Virus record (IMG/VR): IMGVR_UViG_3300017605_001304
Span: 64,001-128,000 of that record
Length of the DNA stretch: 64,000 nt
Strand: one strand, 5' to 3'
DNA from: a virus
Under the pieces are notes generated by a model. It had not been told where the DNA came from, did no database searches, and saw only the letters and a program-made list of their open reading frames with translations. How positions within the stretch are numbered: the first letter of the stretch is position 1; each line of letters opens with the position of its first letter. The translations under genes and the position numbers were made by a program. Shown one piece after another: positions 8,919-17,911 of the stretch.

Positions 8919-9167
8919 ATGCTCGTTGACCCGTTAAGCCGACGGTGGGTACGGGATGCACGGGACGCTCTGTCCGATCCGACCCAACGGTTCGACCTGT
9001 CAGGGAGACAATGCGACGTTGCGCGCTTAACTGAGCGCGGCGTCGCCTACAAAGACGCAGTCACCGTGCTTATAGATATCGGGCGAGCTGTCGCTCAAAC
9101 GCCGCTTGGCGAGATTCCAGCTACGCTGAAGCCGGTCTTGTTCGATCTCTTCCCGCCGAGGTTCTGA
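8919..9167 (+). CDS. Paralogue 2 of an ~80-aa tandem triplet
   Basis: PLSR...LIDIG...TPL...PATL...LFPPRF. Confidence 0.65.
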   Translation: MLVDPLSRRWVRDARDALSDPTQRFDLSGRQCDVARLTERGVAYKDAVTVLIDIGRAVAQTPLGEIPATLKPVLFDLFPPRF

Positions 9168-9169
9168 TC

Positions 9170-9412
9170 ATGCTCCGAAACCCGTTCAACCGAAAGATCC
9201 TGCACACCCTCGTGGACCCATCCTGCGAGTTCGACCTCGATGAAGGGGAAGACGACGCGGCGAGGGTCCTAGAGAACTTCGGAATCGACGAAGTCGATGC
9301 ACTCGACGTGCTTGACGACATCGGCGAAGTCGTAGCCGATACCCCACTTGCCTGCGAGCCCGAGACGCTGATATGGACCTGGGGTGATCTCTTCCCGAAG
9401 AGGCTCTTCTAG
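9170..9412 (+). CDS. Paralogue 3 of an ~80-aa tandem triplet
   Basis: PFNR...LDDIG...TPL...EPETL...LFPKRLF. Confidence 0.65.
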   Translation: MLRNPFNRKILHTLVDPSCEFDLDEGEDDAARVLENFGIDEVDALDVLDDIGEVVADTPLACEPETLIWTWGDLFPKRLF

Positions 9413-9414
9413 CC

Positions 9415-10689
9415 TCAGATGTCGTCGATCAGGCTGCTCTGCACCGACTCCATGTTGGCCGGCGTCGCTGTGCTCGGCTCGGCAGCAGGCGCGGTACCTC
9501 CGAGCTCGGTCGTGCCGAGCGACGCGCCCTGTGCGATCAGCTTCAGGTTCGTGATGAAGCTGCCGTGGCGGATCTGCTGCTCGACGTCCCGCACGAAGTA
9601 GTTCCCGGACGTGTAGTGCAGCGTCTGGTCCGTTCGCTTCACGACCTGGACTTCGACCAGATCGTTCGGAGCGAGCTGCGGGTCGCCCAGGATCGAGAGC
9701 GCAGCCTCCCAGCCGCCTTCGCGGGACTGGGTCCACTTCCAGTTGCACCAGGAGTCGATCTCCTGCTGCGTCGAGAACGGCAGGTGGTAGATGCGGCCGC
9801 CCACGTAGGGCGTCTGCGGATCCGGCGTCGTCTCTCCGAACTGGCCGGTCGCGATGAAGTCAGCCGGCGTCGGCACGAGTCCCGGACGCTCGGTCTCGGG
9901 CAGGTCGATGCGGCGCCGCAGCAGCTTGCCGGTCAGCGGGTTGTAGCCGGTCGTGGTGAGGTCGCCGCCACCCATGTGCAGCATGCGGAGCCCGTTGTAC
10001 TGCGAAGCGAAGCTGATGACCTTTGAGTCCTGCCCGGCCCCAAAGACGAACGTCCGTGCAGTCGTCTGCCCTTGGCGCGGCTGGAAATAGAGCGTGTCCC
10101 CCACCACGAAGAAGTGGTAGTTCGCGTAGCCCGCTTCCGAGACTGCGAGCGGCAGCAGGACGTACGTGATGAACTCCGCGTCGCTCATGTTCTGCTGGAA
10201 GAGGCTGAGCGGCCCTGGCCGCGTGCGCACGACCGACTGTTCGGTCGTCTTCAAGCCCATGCGAGCGGCAAGGCGGACGACGATGTCCGAGATGCGATTG
10301 ATCGGATCGCCTTGCGTGTAGGCCCAGAGCGTATCGTACTTGACCGCGCCGTAGAACGTGAGCATGTCAGCGACATGCACGTCCAGGTGCAGGCCCTGCT
10401 CCGAGAAGCGCGAGCGATACTCGTAGACGACGCCCTGGTGCCAGGGAGAGATCGGACCATCGCGCCAGCCGTAGCGGAACTTCACGTCGGAGCTGTTCTT
10501 GAGGATCAAGTTTTCGAGCGTGTCGTACGTCGCGTCGAAGAAGGTGAACGACGCCATGCCAGCAAGCTGCTGCGCGAAGACGTTGTGCGAGAAGTGTTCG
10601 AGGAACTGCGGGATCGCCTCGATGTTCGTGTCGCCGATCACGACCTCCAGGTAGGGCATGCCCGGAGCGTAGGGGTCTCGGTCCGACAT
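9415..10689 (-). CDS. Baseplate hub protein (gp27/late control D-like)
   Basis: VKFRYGW, QQNMSDAEFI, ILGDPQL...SGNYFVRDVEQQI...FITNLKL; position in the baseplate module. Confidence 0.75.
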   Translation of the reverse strand: MSDRDPYAPGMPYLEVVIGDTNIEAIPQFLEHFSHNVFAQQLAGMASFTFFDATYDTLENLILKNSSDVKFRYGWRDGPISPWHQGVVYEYRSRFSEQGLHLDVHVADMLTFYGAVKYDTLWAYTQGDPINRISDIVVRLAARMGLKTTEQSVVRTRPGPLSLFQQNMSDAEFITYVLLPLAVSEAGYANYHFFVVGDTLYFQPRQGQTTARTFVFGAGQDSKVISFASQYNGLRMLHMGGGDLTTTGYNPLTGKLLRRRIDLPETERPGLVPTPADFIATGQFGETTPDPQTPYVGGRIYHLPFSTQQEIDSWCNWKWTQSREGGWEAALSILGDPQLAPNDLVEVQVVKRTDQTLHYTSGNYFVRDVEQQIRHGSFITNLKLIAQGASLGTTELGGTAPAAEPSTATPANMESVQSSLIDDI

Positions 10690-10692
10690 GCC

Positions 10693-11088
10693 TTACTCCA
10701 GCGTCGATCCCGTCGTCGCCTTGGTCTTGTTGCGGTTGAGCAGGATCGAGTTGATGCGCGTCTTCTTCGGGATCCGGAGCACGGTTCCGGACGGAATGCC
10801 GTCGAGCGCAGGATCGTTCGTGAACTGGTCGATCAGGTCGTTCACGAAGAGCAAGATCCACCAGAACGAGGAGTCGCCGTCGTAGAAGGCGGCGGAGATC
10901 AGGTCGAGCCGCCCGAGCTCGTGCGCCTTCACGACGTAGACGTCGTCGGTGTCGTCCGCCGGGATGTCGGGCGGCTCCCAGGAGCCCCAGACGTAGTCGT
11001 TCGAGGGCTGCCCGTCGGCATCGCGCTCCTGGAGGAGGGGCGTGAGCCGCATCCGGCTAGAGTTCGGGAGAAGAACACGCTTACCCAT
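10693..11088 (-). CDS. LysM-like baseplate wedge protein (gp53/gpX-like)
   Basis: YVVK...RLDLISAAFYD...FWWILLFVN...GTVLRIP. Confidence 0.8.
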   Translation of the reverse strand: MGKRVLLPNSSRMRLTPLLQERDADGQPSNDYVWGSWEPPDIPADDTDDVYVVKAHELGRLDLISAAFYDGDSSFWWILLFVNDLIDQFTNDPALDGIPSGTVLRIPKKTRINSILLNRNKTKATTGSTLE

Positions 11089-11116
11089 TGACGGGCTCCC
11101 ACCTGTAATACAGACT
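11088..11116 (+). promoter_or_regulatory. Third copy of the palindromic operator with a nearby -35 hexamer
   Basis: TTGACG at 11088 and ACCTGTAATACAG at 11101-11113, upstream of a lone plus-strand ORF. Confidence 0.55.
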
Positions 11117-11135
11117 CTGGGGCAAGGAGAGCGCC

Positions 11136-11330
11136 ATGCAGGACCATCCGAACACGCAGACCGCGCACGTCGAGTACACGCCGCAGCCGGACTTCCGTCC
11201 TGCCTGCGAGCTGCTCGCGTACCTCTACCTCTGGGGCGGTCTGCTCGGGCTGGCCGGGATGCTCGCGCTGATCATCAAGAAGCCGGGTGCCCTCGCCGCG
11301 CTGTGCATCGCGCGGCGGATCTCACGGTGA
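11136..11330 (+). CDS. Small membrane protein
   Basis: AAGGAG SD; hydrophobic LLAYLYLWGGLLGLAGMLALII. Confidence 0.55.
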   Translation: MQDHPNTQTAHVEYTPQPDFRPACELLAYLYLWGGLLGLAGMLALIIKKPGALAALCIARRISR

Positions 11331-11885
11331 GGGCGTGAGCCCGCGCCGCGTGAGGATGCCGTCCCGAACGAGCGTCGCGGTCGGCGGGGTCGAGTTGATC
11401 TCGTCCAAGGACAGCGTGGCCGTCGCGTGCATCGGCAGGATGTCCGAGACGAACTCATTGGCGCCGGGCTGACCGACGTCGCGCTCGAAGGCCCAAGGCC
11501 CGTCGAAGACGATGCTCACCGACTTCACGATACACAGCGACTGCAGCGTGTTACCGAAGAAGAGGCGCGTCAGCGGCGGGAAGCCCGTCGCGTTGTCCGG
11601 ATAGACCAACGCCTCCAGCCAGTCCGCCTTGCGCCTCACGTCGTCGAAGGCGTTCCCGTTGTCCCCCGCGTCCACGGACGCGAAGAAGCGCATCGTGAAC
11701 GCGATGTTGCGCGGGCTCGACGCACGGTACGCACGGTACGGCTCGCCACGCCCGACGACTTCTGTGGAACCCCACTCCGCCGACTTCGAGATCGTCAGCG
11801 TGTCCGGGATCATCTGGAAGTGCAGGCGCTCGGAAGGCTTCGCATCCAAGAACAGGTAGGCAAGATCAAATACCGCGACGGCCAT
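11322..11885 (-). CDS. Tail tube initiator / tube-fold baseplate protein
   Basis: FQMIPDTLTISKSAEW...VGRGEP...PPL...CIVKSVSI...LPMHA; directly after the tape measure gene. Confidence 0.7.
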   Translation of the reverse strand: MAVAVFDLAYLFLDAKPSERLHFQMIPDTLTISKSAEWGSTEVVGRGEPYRAYRASSPRNIAFTMRFFASVDAGDNGNAFDDVRRKADWLEALVYPDNATGFPPLTRLFFGNTLQSLCIVKSVSIVFDGPWAFERDVGQPGANEFVSDILPMHATATLSLDEINSTPPTATLVRDGILTRRGLTPSP

Positions 11886-11887
11886 GG

Positions 11888-13861
11888 TTAGCTCCGGTGA
11901 GACAGCATCCGCTGGACGTCAGGCAACATGCCGGGCGAAGGTGCCATCGGCATGTTCGAGCGCGGCTGCAAGTTCTGGACGAGGTATGCGCCCAGCCACT
12001 TGATCGCCGCCACAACCTCTTCCTGCGTGACGTGCCCGATCAGACTCGGGATCTTTTCGAGCGGCAGGACCGCTTCGGGCCGTCCCGCTTCCGCGATCGG
12101 AACGAGGGAACCGCCCGGGATCGGCTGGACGATGCCGCCCGCGGCCATCCCCTTCTTGAGGGCGCCCGGGAAGGCGCCTTCGAGGGCGTCGAAGTCCCCC
12201 TCCTGGACCTCGCCCCACCGCAGCAGCTTGCCGGCCTTCAGCTTGTCGGCGAGCACATGCAAACGCGCTTCATCTGCGAACGCAGCCTTGAGAGCCGTGT
12301 AGTCGATGCCGGCGTGGCTCTTGGACCACGCGTCCGCATCCTGGAGCGTCGCCATCCCGTGCTGGAGGGCGTCTTCCAGAGACTTGAATTCGTCGAGCTC
12401 GCGGCGGGCTTGAATCTCGTGGACCGCGCGGAGCGCCATGCCGCGCGAGGCTTTGCGCTCGTTCTCTTCCTCGCCGCTGATGGACTTCCAAATACCCTCA
12501 ATCCGGTCCATCACCGATAGCAGCCCCTTGAACTTCCCGAGCCACTGATCCACCATCGGGCTTACTTTTTCGTTCAGCAGCGCGGAGGTGAAGGCGATGG
12601 CGCCGTTCTTCAGCTTGTCTAGATTCGGCTGGATCTGCAGGAAGAGCTGCGCGGTCTTGTCGTCGAAGTATTTCGTGAGCGCGTCGGTCTGCTTCTCCCA
12701 CGCCTCGCGAGTATCGCCGGCCGCTCCGGCCATCTTCTTGGCAATGGCGTCCACGTTGGCACCGGCGACGTCGACGACGTTGCGCAGGACCGCCAGCGTG
12801 CCGGGGTCGATGCCGTAGACCTGCGCCCACATCTCGGACATGGCGCCCGCACGGTCGCGCGGCACCTGCTCGATCATGCGCAGGAAGTCCTCGAAGACCT
12901 GCTTCGTCTGGCCGGTGCGCAGCATGTTCTGCAGGTCGGCCACCTGCTTGCCGCCGCTGCGGGCCACCTGCGCCGCGAGGATCATCCCACGACTCGACGT
13001 CTGGTTCAGCATCTCGACGAAGAGCTGCATCGCCTTCTGGCCACTTGCACCGAGGTGCTTCATGGCCGATTCTGCGGTCGCCAGCCCCGCCATCGAGGCT
13101 TCCTGGTACGCCTTGGGCGTCTCGTTCAGGAGCTTCGCGACTTCGGGGTTGCTCGGATCGATCGCAGCGAAGACGTCCTCGGGCTTCACGTTGAACGTGC
13201 TTACGAGCTTGGCCGCCAAGCCATCGAAGGCTTCGAAGTTGTTCGTGAATCCGGGAATACGGCTCAACTGGTAATTGAACTGCGAGGCCGCCTCGACGCT
13301 CACGCCCAGGACCTTGGCGGCCCGGCCCGAACTCAGCACGAACTTGTCGTACAGCTCGACCGGGATCTTCATCTGCGAGGCGGTCTTCTCCAGCTTGAAC
13401 GCCTCTTCGGTCGTCAGGCCGAAGTTCATCGCAAGGCCGACGACCTCGTCGGAGAGCTGCTTCGTGCTGAGCGTCAGGTCGTCGTTGACGTAGCGGACCT
13501 TGAGCAGGTTGTCGTGGTAGGCGACCGTGCCGGAGATGAGGCTGCTGAAGAAGCTGACCGCCTTCTCCAGGAACAGGTACGCCTCGCCGATCACCGTCAA
13601 CGGAACCAGGAGGCCGCTCAGACTCGAACTCACCGTGCCCAACGATCCCGTGAGCGCGTTCGCCGCCAGGGACGACTTCTTCGAGATGCTGTCCGCAGCC
13701 TTGCCGGCCTCTTCCAGGGCGAGGACCGCCTTGGCCTTCGCGCCAATGGCCGCCTCGCTGAGCGCCTTCGTGTCCTTGACCGCGCGCTCGGAGCCGTGCT
13801 GGCTGTTGTCGTACTGGATGCGGTAGACGAAGTTGAACTGGTTCGAGTTGCCGTTAGCCAT
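11888..13861 (-). CDS. Tape measure protein
   Basis: Long Ala/Leu/Gln helical protein; C-terminal MAAGGIV...AEAGRPEAVLPL; canonical position. Confidence 0.8.
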   Translation of the reverse strand: MANGNSNQFNFVYRIQYDNSQHGSERAVKDTKALSEAAIGAKAKAVLALEEAGKAADSISKKSSLAANALTGSLGTVSSSLSGLLVPLTVIGEAYLFLEKAVSFFSSLISGTVAYHDNLLKVRYVNDDLTLSTKQLSDEVVGLAMNFGLTTEEAFKLEKTASQMKIPVELYDKFVLSSGRAAKVLGVSVEAASQFNYQLSRIPGFTNNFEAFDGLAAKLVSTFNVKPEDVFAAIDPSNPEVAKLLNETPKAYQEASMAGLATAESAMKHLGASGQKAMQLFVEMLNQTSSRGMILAAQVARSGGKQVADLQNMLRTGQTKQVFEDFLRMIEQVPRDRAGAMSEMWAQVYGIDPGTLAVLRNVVDVAGANVDAIAKKMAGAAGDTREAWEKQTDALTKYFDDKTAQLFLQIQPNLDKLKNGAIAFTSALLNEKVSPMVDQWLGKFKGLLSVMDRIEGIWKSISGEEENERKASRGMALRAVHEIQARRELDEFKSLEDALQHGMATLQDADAWSKSHAGIDYTALKAAFADEARLHVLADKLKAGKLLRWGEVQEGDFDALEGAFPGALKKGMAAGGIVQPIPGGSLVPIAEAGRPEAVLPLEKIPSLIGHVTQEEVVAAIKWLGAYLVQNLQPRSNMPMAPSPGMLPDVQRMLSHRS

Positions 13862-13866
13862 GGGTC

Positions 13867-14025
13867 TCACTTCTTCTGGAAGGCGGCATCCTGCTTCTTC
13901 TTGACCTCGACGAGCTGGTCGTAGAACCAGTCGCGCTCACCGACACTCATCTGCTGGATGTCGCCCCACGTGAAACGGCCGAAGTGAACGAGGAACAATT
14001 CCTTATGCAGGATTTCCAGGTGCAC
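13867..14025 (-). CDS. Small tail-assembly chaperone (gp51-like or 'T' part); absent from the ORF track
   Basis: Manual translation: VHLEILHKELFLVHFGRFTWGDIQQMSVGERDWFYDQLVEVKKKQDAAFQKK*; fills the gap before the tape measure gene. Confidence 0.7.
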   Translation of the reverse strand: MHLEILHKELFLVHFGRFTWGDIQQMSVGERDWFYDQLVEVKKKQDAAFQKK

Positions 14026-14818
14026 CTGTTCCGGCGCTGCTGATCCGAGGGCGAAAGAACTCGGCCGTGAACGGCATCCCGACCTCCTCTTCGCTCCGGC
14101 AGCGCGAGTTCGGGCAGGTCATCGTGAGGTCGAGGACGAAGCCGAACGCCATGTCGTCCAGCGCCTGCAGGAACGCGAAGACGTCCGGGCCTTCCAGGTG
14201 CTGGACGAGGTCGACGACCGTCGCGGCCCCGAGCGGGATCGACTGGCCGTCGACCTCGGTCACGTGGCGCGAAAGTCGGTAGTAGTACGCGATGTCGCCT
14301 TCCGCGGCGGGCATAGTGCCGGCGTGCTTCGTGGCCCAATCGGCCACCGCTTGCTCGTCTTTTCCACGGAAATGGCGGAGCCCGAGAGACTTGCCGCTCA
14401 AAGGCAGCTTGATGCGGTATGGTTCAAGGAACTGCTGCGTCAGCTCCTTGACGTGGAGATCTTGAAGGAGGTCGATCTCGACACGGGGATTGATTGAACC
14501 ACACGCCGGGCAGCGATATTTGAAGCCGTACTTCGTGCTTGCGAGGGACCGGACCTGGAACAGGCAGAACAGTCGGTCTGCCAGGAGCAGGTCGTCGGAT
14601 GCAAGCCCACGGCTGTCGACGCAGTTGTCGATGATGATGTCGATCTTGGAGCGAGCTCCCGAGCCCGAACCAGCGAAGATCTTCTGCTCGCGACTCGTGA
14701 TCGCACCGACGCGGACCTGCCCGTCTGGCAGATTGGGGTAGAGCAACCCCCGAGACGGGAGCGGGACCGTGCGGATGAGAGTCCGGCCTGCGAGCTTGTC
14801 AGTAGCGGGAGCGGTCAT
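14003..14818 (-). CDS. Baseplate hub / tail assembly chaperone (T4 gp26-like)
   Basis: LPSRGLLYP, DLLLADR, CPACG and CPNSRC Zn sites, C-terminal PFTAEFFRP. Confidence 0.75.
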   Translation of the reverse strand: MTAPATDKLAGRTLIRTVPLPSRGLLYPNLPDGQVRVGAITSREQKIFAGSGSGARSKIDIIIDNCVDSRGLASDDLLLADRLFCLFQVRSLASTKYGFKYRCPACGSINPRVEIDLLQDLHVKELTQQFLEPYRIKLPLSGKSLGLRHFRGKDEQAVADWATKHAGTMPAAEGDIAYYYRLSRHVTEVDGQSIPLGAATVVDLVQHLEGPDVFAFLQALDDMAFGFVLDLTMTCPNSRCRSEEEVGMPFTAEFFRPRISSAGTGAPGNPA

Positions 14819-14890
14819 GGTGGGATCCTTTCGATCCTGTGCTGCTGCCCCGCCATGAACTGCGACGGGGAAGATGGCGAACAAAAGGCA

Positions 14891-14967
14891 GGACCCCAGC
14901 GGCGAGAAGGAGGCGCCGCCAGGGTCCCACCCGGTGGAGGACACCCCCGCGCGGAGGAACGCGGGGG
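14891..14967 (-). other. Cluster of RNA hairpins with CCUCC loops
   Basis: 14-bp stem (including 2 G.U pairs) with loop CCUCCUUCU; 8-bp stem CCCCCGCG/CGCGGGGG with loop UUCCUCCG. Confidence 0.6.
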
Positions 14968-14975
14968 ATCGTTAC

Positions 14976-15299
14976 TTACTCAGACTCGGGCGCGCCGACC
15001 GTCAGGTTGAGGCTGCCGGGGACCGAGTTCTTGACGGTGACGTTGACGACGTCACCGGCCAGACCAGAGATCGAGCCGCCGGCCGTGATCGTCACGACCG
15101 CGGTGCCGACCTTGCCCGAGCCGATGTCCGCGTTCATGCCGTCCGGGCGGACGGTGACTACGGCCACGGCCGGGTCCGAGGAATCGAACGAAAGCGTGGC
15201 ACCGTCGGGCAGCGCCGCGAAGGGCTGACCGTCGGCATCGAGGATGGTGGCGCCAATCGCCACCTTCTGCTGGTCGGACATCACGACATCGAAAGGCAT
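14976..15299 (-). CDS. Small Ig-like (Big-type) virion protein
   Basis: FDSSDPAVAVV...GKVGTAVVTIT...VNVTV; AGGAG SD. Confidence 0.65.
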   Translation of the reverse strand: MPFDVVMSDQQKVAIGATILDADGQPFAALPDGATLSFDSSDPAVAVVTVRPDGMNADIGSGKVGTAVVTITAGGSISGLAGDVVNVTVKNSVPGSLNLTVGAPESE

Positions 15300-15300
15300 A

Positions 15301-15504
15301 TCAATGCTCCTGGGTTGGGGGACTGACACGGACGATGATGCGAACCGGAACTCGAACCTGGCTCCGTTCAATGACGTTGGCAATACGACACCAACTTCCC
15401 GCCGCGGAGCACAGAGAAGCGGCAATGGAGCGCAGTTGCTCCAACTGCTTCCTCTCCAGGTTCAACAGACGTCGTTCAAACTGACCCATCGGGACGTCGG
15501 TCAT
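15301..15504 (-). CDS. Hypothetical protein
   Basis: GGGAGG SD; fills the gap after the tube gene. Confidence 0.5.
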   Translation of the reverse strand: MTDVPMGQFERRLLNLERKQLEQLRSIAASLCSAAGSWCRIANVIERSQVRVPVRIIVRVSPPTQEH

Positions 15505-15560
15505 GTCATCACACTTCCTCCCTTGGTCTCCGTCCGACGATTAGGTTGCCGCCCCAGCCA

Positions 15561-16115
15561 TTACGGAGTAGGAATCGGGATGCTCACCGAGAACGCCGGC
15601 GTCACTCGCGGAATGATCTTGTCGATGCTCAGGTTCACCTGAATCTTGTTGATCTCGTTCGCGTTCACATCGAGGTCGGCGTACTTGATGGAATCAACGA
15701 ACACGCCGACCAGATCGATGAAGCGTTCGGCGGTACCGTCCGGCCCCGCCATGACCAGCGTGCCGAGCGTCTTGTAGGCGCTGGCGAAGCTGACCTGATC
15801 GGAGATCGGCAGGTAGACGCGCTGCGACATCGTCGAGAGCGCCTTCATCGTGCCGGCGTCGACGAAGTCCTTGCAGACCAGCGTGCCGGTGCTGTAGCTG
15901 GTCTTGCCGGCCACGTAGCGCTTGATGTTGCCGTAGTTGAGCTCGATGCGGTTGTGCGACTCCTCCGGCAGCGAGAAGCTCTCGACCGCCAGCGAGATCA
16001 GCTCCGCGTCGCGCGGCGACGGCAGGTAGAGCTCCAGGTTGAAGTTGTACTTGCGCTGCGGCTCGAACAGGCCGCGCGCCTGACCAAGGAAGTCACCAAG
16101 GGTCGGGATAGCCAT
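15561..16115 (-). CDS. Tail tube protein (gp19-like)
   Basis: FEPQRKYNF, YVAGK, YKTLGTL; directly after the sheath gene. Confidence 0.85.
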   Translation of the reverse strand: MAIPTLGDFLGQARGLFEPQRKYNFNLELYLPSPRDAELISLAVESFSLPEESHNRIELNYGNIKRYVAGKTSYSTGTLVCKDFVDAGTMKALSTMSQRVYLPISDQVSFASAYKTLGTLVMAGPDGTAERFIDLVGVFVDSIKYADLDVNANEINKIQVNLSIDKIIPRVTPAFSVSIPIPTP

Positions 16116-16132
16116 GTCTCAGTTCTCCTTCG

Positions 16133-17773
16133 TTACGCCGTCGCCGACAGGGCTTCCGAGAAGGAAGCGCCCGAGCTGAGCAGCGCGAAGTCGACACGGA
16201 TGATCTCGGCGGCCTTGGTCGGCTTGAGGAGGATCAGGCCACGCATCGTGTTCTGATCCTTGAGAGCAGCAGTGTTGGTCGACTCGTCGCAAATGACCTG
16301 GAAAGCATCGAGACCACGCCGGGCCTTCATCGTGTCGAAGATCGGCTGGACGATGCCCACGAAACGACGCCACGTGATCGGATCGTCCGGCTCGAACACC
16401 AGGAACCGGATCGACGCGGCCACGGTCTTCTTGGCCACGTTCATCAGCCGGCGCACGTTCACGCGATCCAGCGCCGACGACGTCCGCTGCATCGTCTTGT
16501 TGCCCCAGAGGGTGATGCCGTCGCGGGGGAACTTGACGATCGGGTTGATGACCTCGCCGGCCGCGTAGAGCAGCTCGCGCTCGCCCTGGTCCGGGCCGGT
16601 CGCGGGGCGGTACTCGATGGCCGTCGCCGTCTTGAGGACGCCGCGCTGCAGGCCCGCGAAGGCGAACCACGGCTCGGCGACTCGGTCCGTGAGGGCGATC
16701 TGGCTCGACACCCAGCCGCACGGCGGGGTCAGAACGTACTGGCCGTTGTAGTTGTCGTAGTACCCGACCCACGGCCAGAAGCAGGTTGCGTAGCTCGAAT
16801 TGACCGAGGTCGAGGAATCGCTGGTGCCGTTCACCAGATCGCGCACGGCGGTCGCCGAGCTCTGGTTGTACGGCGGGTCGTAGAGGTAGAGGCACTCGGC
16901 GCGAGCCTCACAGAGCGCGATGCCGGCGAGGTGCACCGTCTTGCCGCTGAGCGAGTTGGCCGCGACGGTGGCGCCCGGGCAGGCGATCATGTTGACGTCG
17001 ACGGTGTCCGCATCCGCGAAGAGCTGGAGGCCCGTCTTCGCTGCACCGCTCTGGGTGCCGATGAAGTCGCTGGCCTGGAGGCTCGTCTCGCCGTTCGTGC
17101 CGCCCGTGGCGTTATACGTCGTGAACGTCGGCTGGTTGGTCGAGTGACCGCCCGGCGCCGTCATCTTGACGTACTGCGAGTTGCCGTTGATCCGCGTCGT
17201 GTAGAAGTTGGGATCACTGTCCGCGCCGAACGTGAGGTTGTCGTAGTCCTCGACGTCGACGTTGTTGAACGTGATCGTCAGGCGGAAGCGCGTGCTCGCG
17301 AACTGCGCATCCCGCGGAGTGCTGATCGTGATCAGGAGGCCCGACGTCGCCGTCGTGCTGGCCGCGTTTGCCCAGACGCCCGGGCTCGACGCGTCGGCGA
17401 TCGCGACGTTGTTGTTATTGCTGTCCTTGATCAGGATACGAGCCGTCTGAGCCGGCCCGGCTGCCGCTTCGATGCGTGCCACCCAGAGCTGATTGCCGTT
17501 GCGCAGGTACTGGATCGCAGCATGCGCAAGGAAGCTGCCCGGGTAGTAGTACGTATCGCTCGTGCCTTCACCAGGGAAGTTGGCGAAGGTCGAACCGGCG
17601 ACCGGAGGCCCGAACGTATCGATGAACTGAGCTTCGGACGTGATATAGGTCAGCTTGTTCACCGGGCCGCGGCTGCACCAGCCGACGAGCCCGAGGATCG
17701 AGGAGCTGACCCGAGCGGCGTACTGACTGAGATCGAGCTCATTCAGGTACACGCCCGGAGAAACGAACGCCAT
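16133..17773 (-). CDS. Tail sheath protein (gp18-like)
   Basis: SPGVYLNELDLS...GPVN; PWFAFAGLQRG; INPI...WGNKT...DRVNVRRL; FEPDD; LKPTKAAEII. Confidence 0.95.
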   Translation of the reverse strand: MAFVSPGVYLNELDLSQYAARVSSSILGLVGWCSRGPVNKLTYITSEAQFIDTFGPPVAGSTFANFPGEGTSDTYYYPGSFLAHAAIQYLRNGNQLWVARIEAAAGPAQTARILIKDSNNNNVAIADASSPGVWANAASTTATSGLLITISTPRDAQFASTRFRLTITFNNVDVEDYDNLTFGADSDPNFYTTRINGNSQYVKMTAPGGHSTNQPTFTTYNATGGTNGETSLQASDFIGTQSGAAKTGLQLFADADTVDVNMIACPGATVAANSLSGKTVHLAGIALCEARAECLYLYDPPYNQSSATAVRDLVNGTSDSSTSVNSSYATCFWPWVGYYDNYNGQYVLTPPCGWVSSQIALTDRVAEPWFAFAGLQRGVLKTATAIEYRPATGPDQGERELLYAAGEVINPIVKFPRDGITLWGNKTMQRTSSALDRVNVRRLMNVAKKTVAASIRFLVFEPDDPITWRRFVGIVQPIFDTMKARRGLDAFQVICDESTNTAALKDQNTMRGLILLKPTKAAEIIRVDFALLSSGASFSEALSATA

Positions 17774-17911
17774 GAAAGTCCTCCTGACAGTGATCAATCA
17801 CCCGCGAAGCGGGGGAGACGGTCACGTCGCTTGACCTTGGAAGGGGCGACGGAGGAAAGACGGGAAGACCGGACGGGAGCAGCGTAGGCAGGGGTTCCTG
17901 CAGCGGCTGCT

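Noticed and set aside
3331-9175. CRISPR array or integron attC sites from the junction repeats
   Set aside because: The repeats are short SD-stop-start units separated by whole ORFs; there is no constant spacer length, no attC palindromes, and no cas or integrase gene
14860-14970. CsrB/RsmZ-like GGA-loop sponge RNA on the plus strand
   Set aside because: The longest stem is complete only on the minus strand (G.U versus C.A pairs), and no plus-strand promoter is evident
1-17773. T6SS, eCIS or tailocin locus (PAAR, VgrG-like, gp25, sheath)
   Set aside because: The same operon contains the major capsid protein, prohead protease, neck proteins and tape measure, so this is a complete phage virion module
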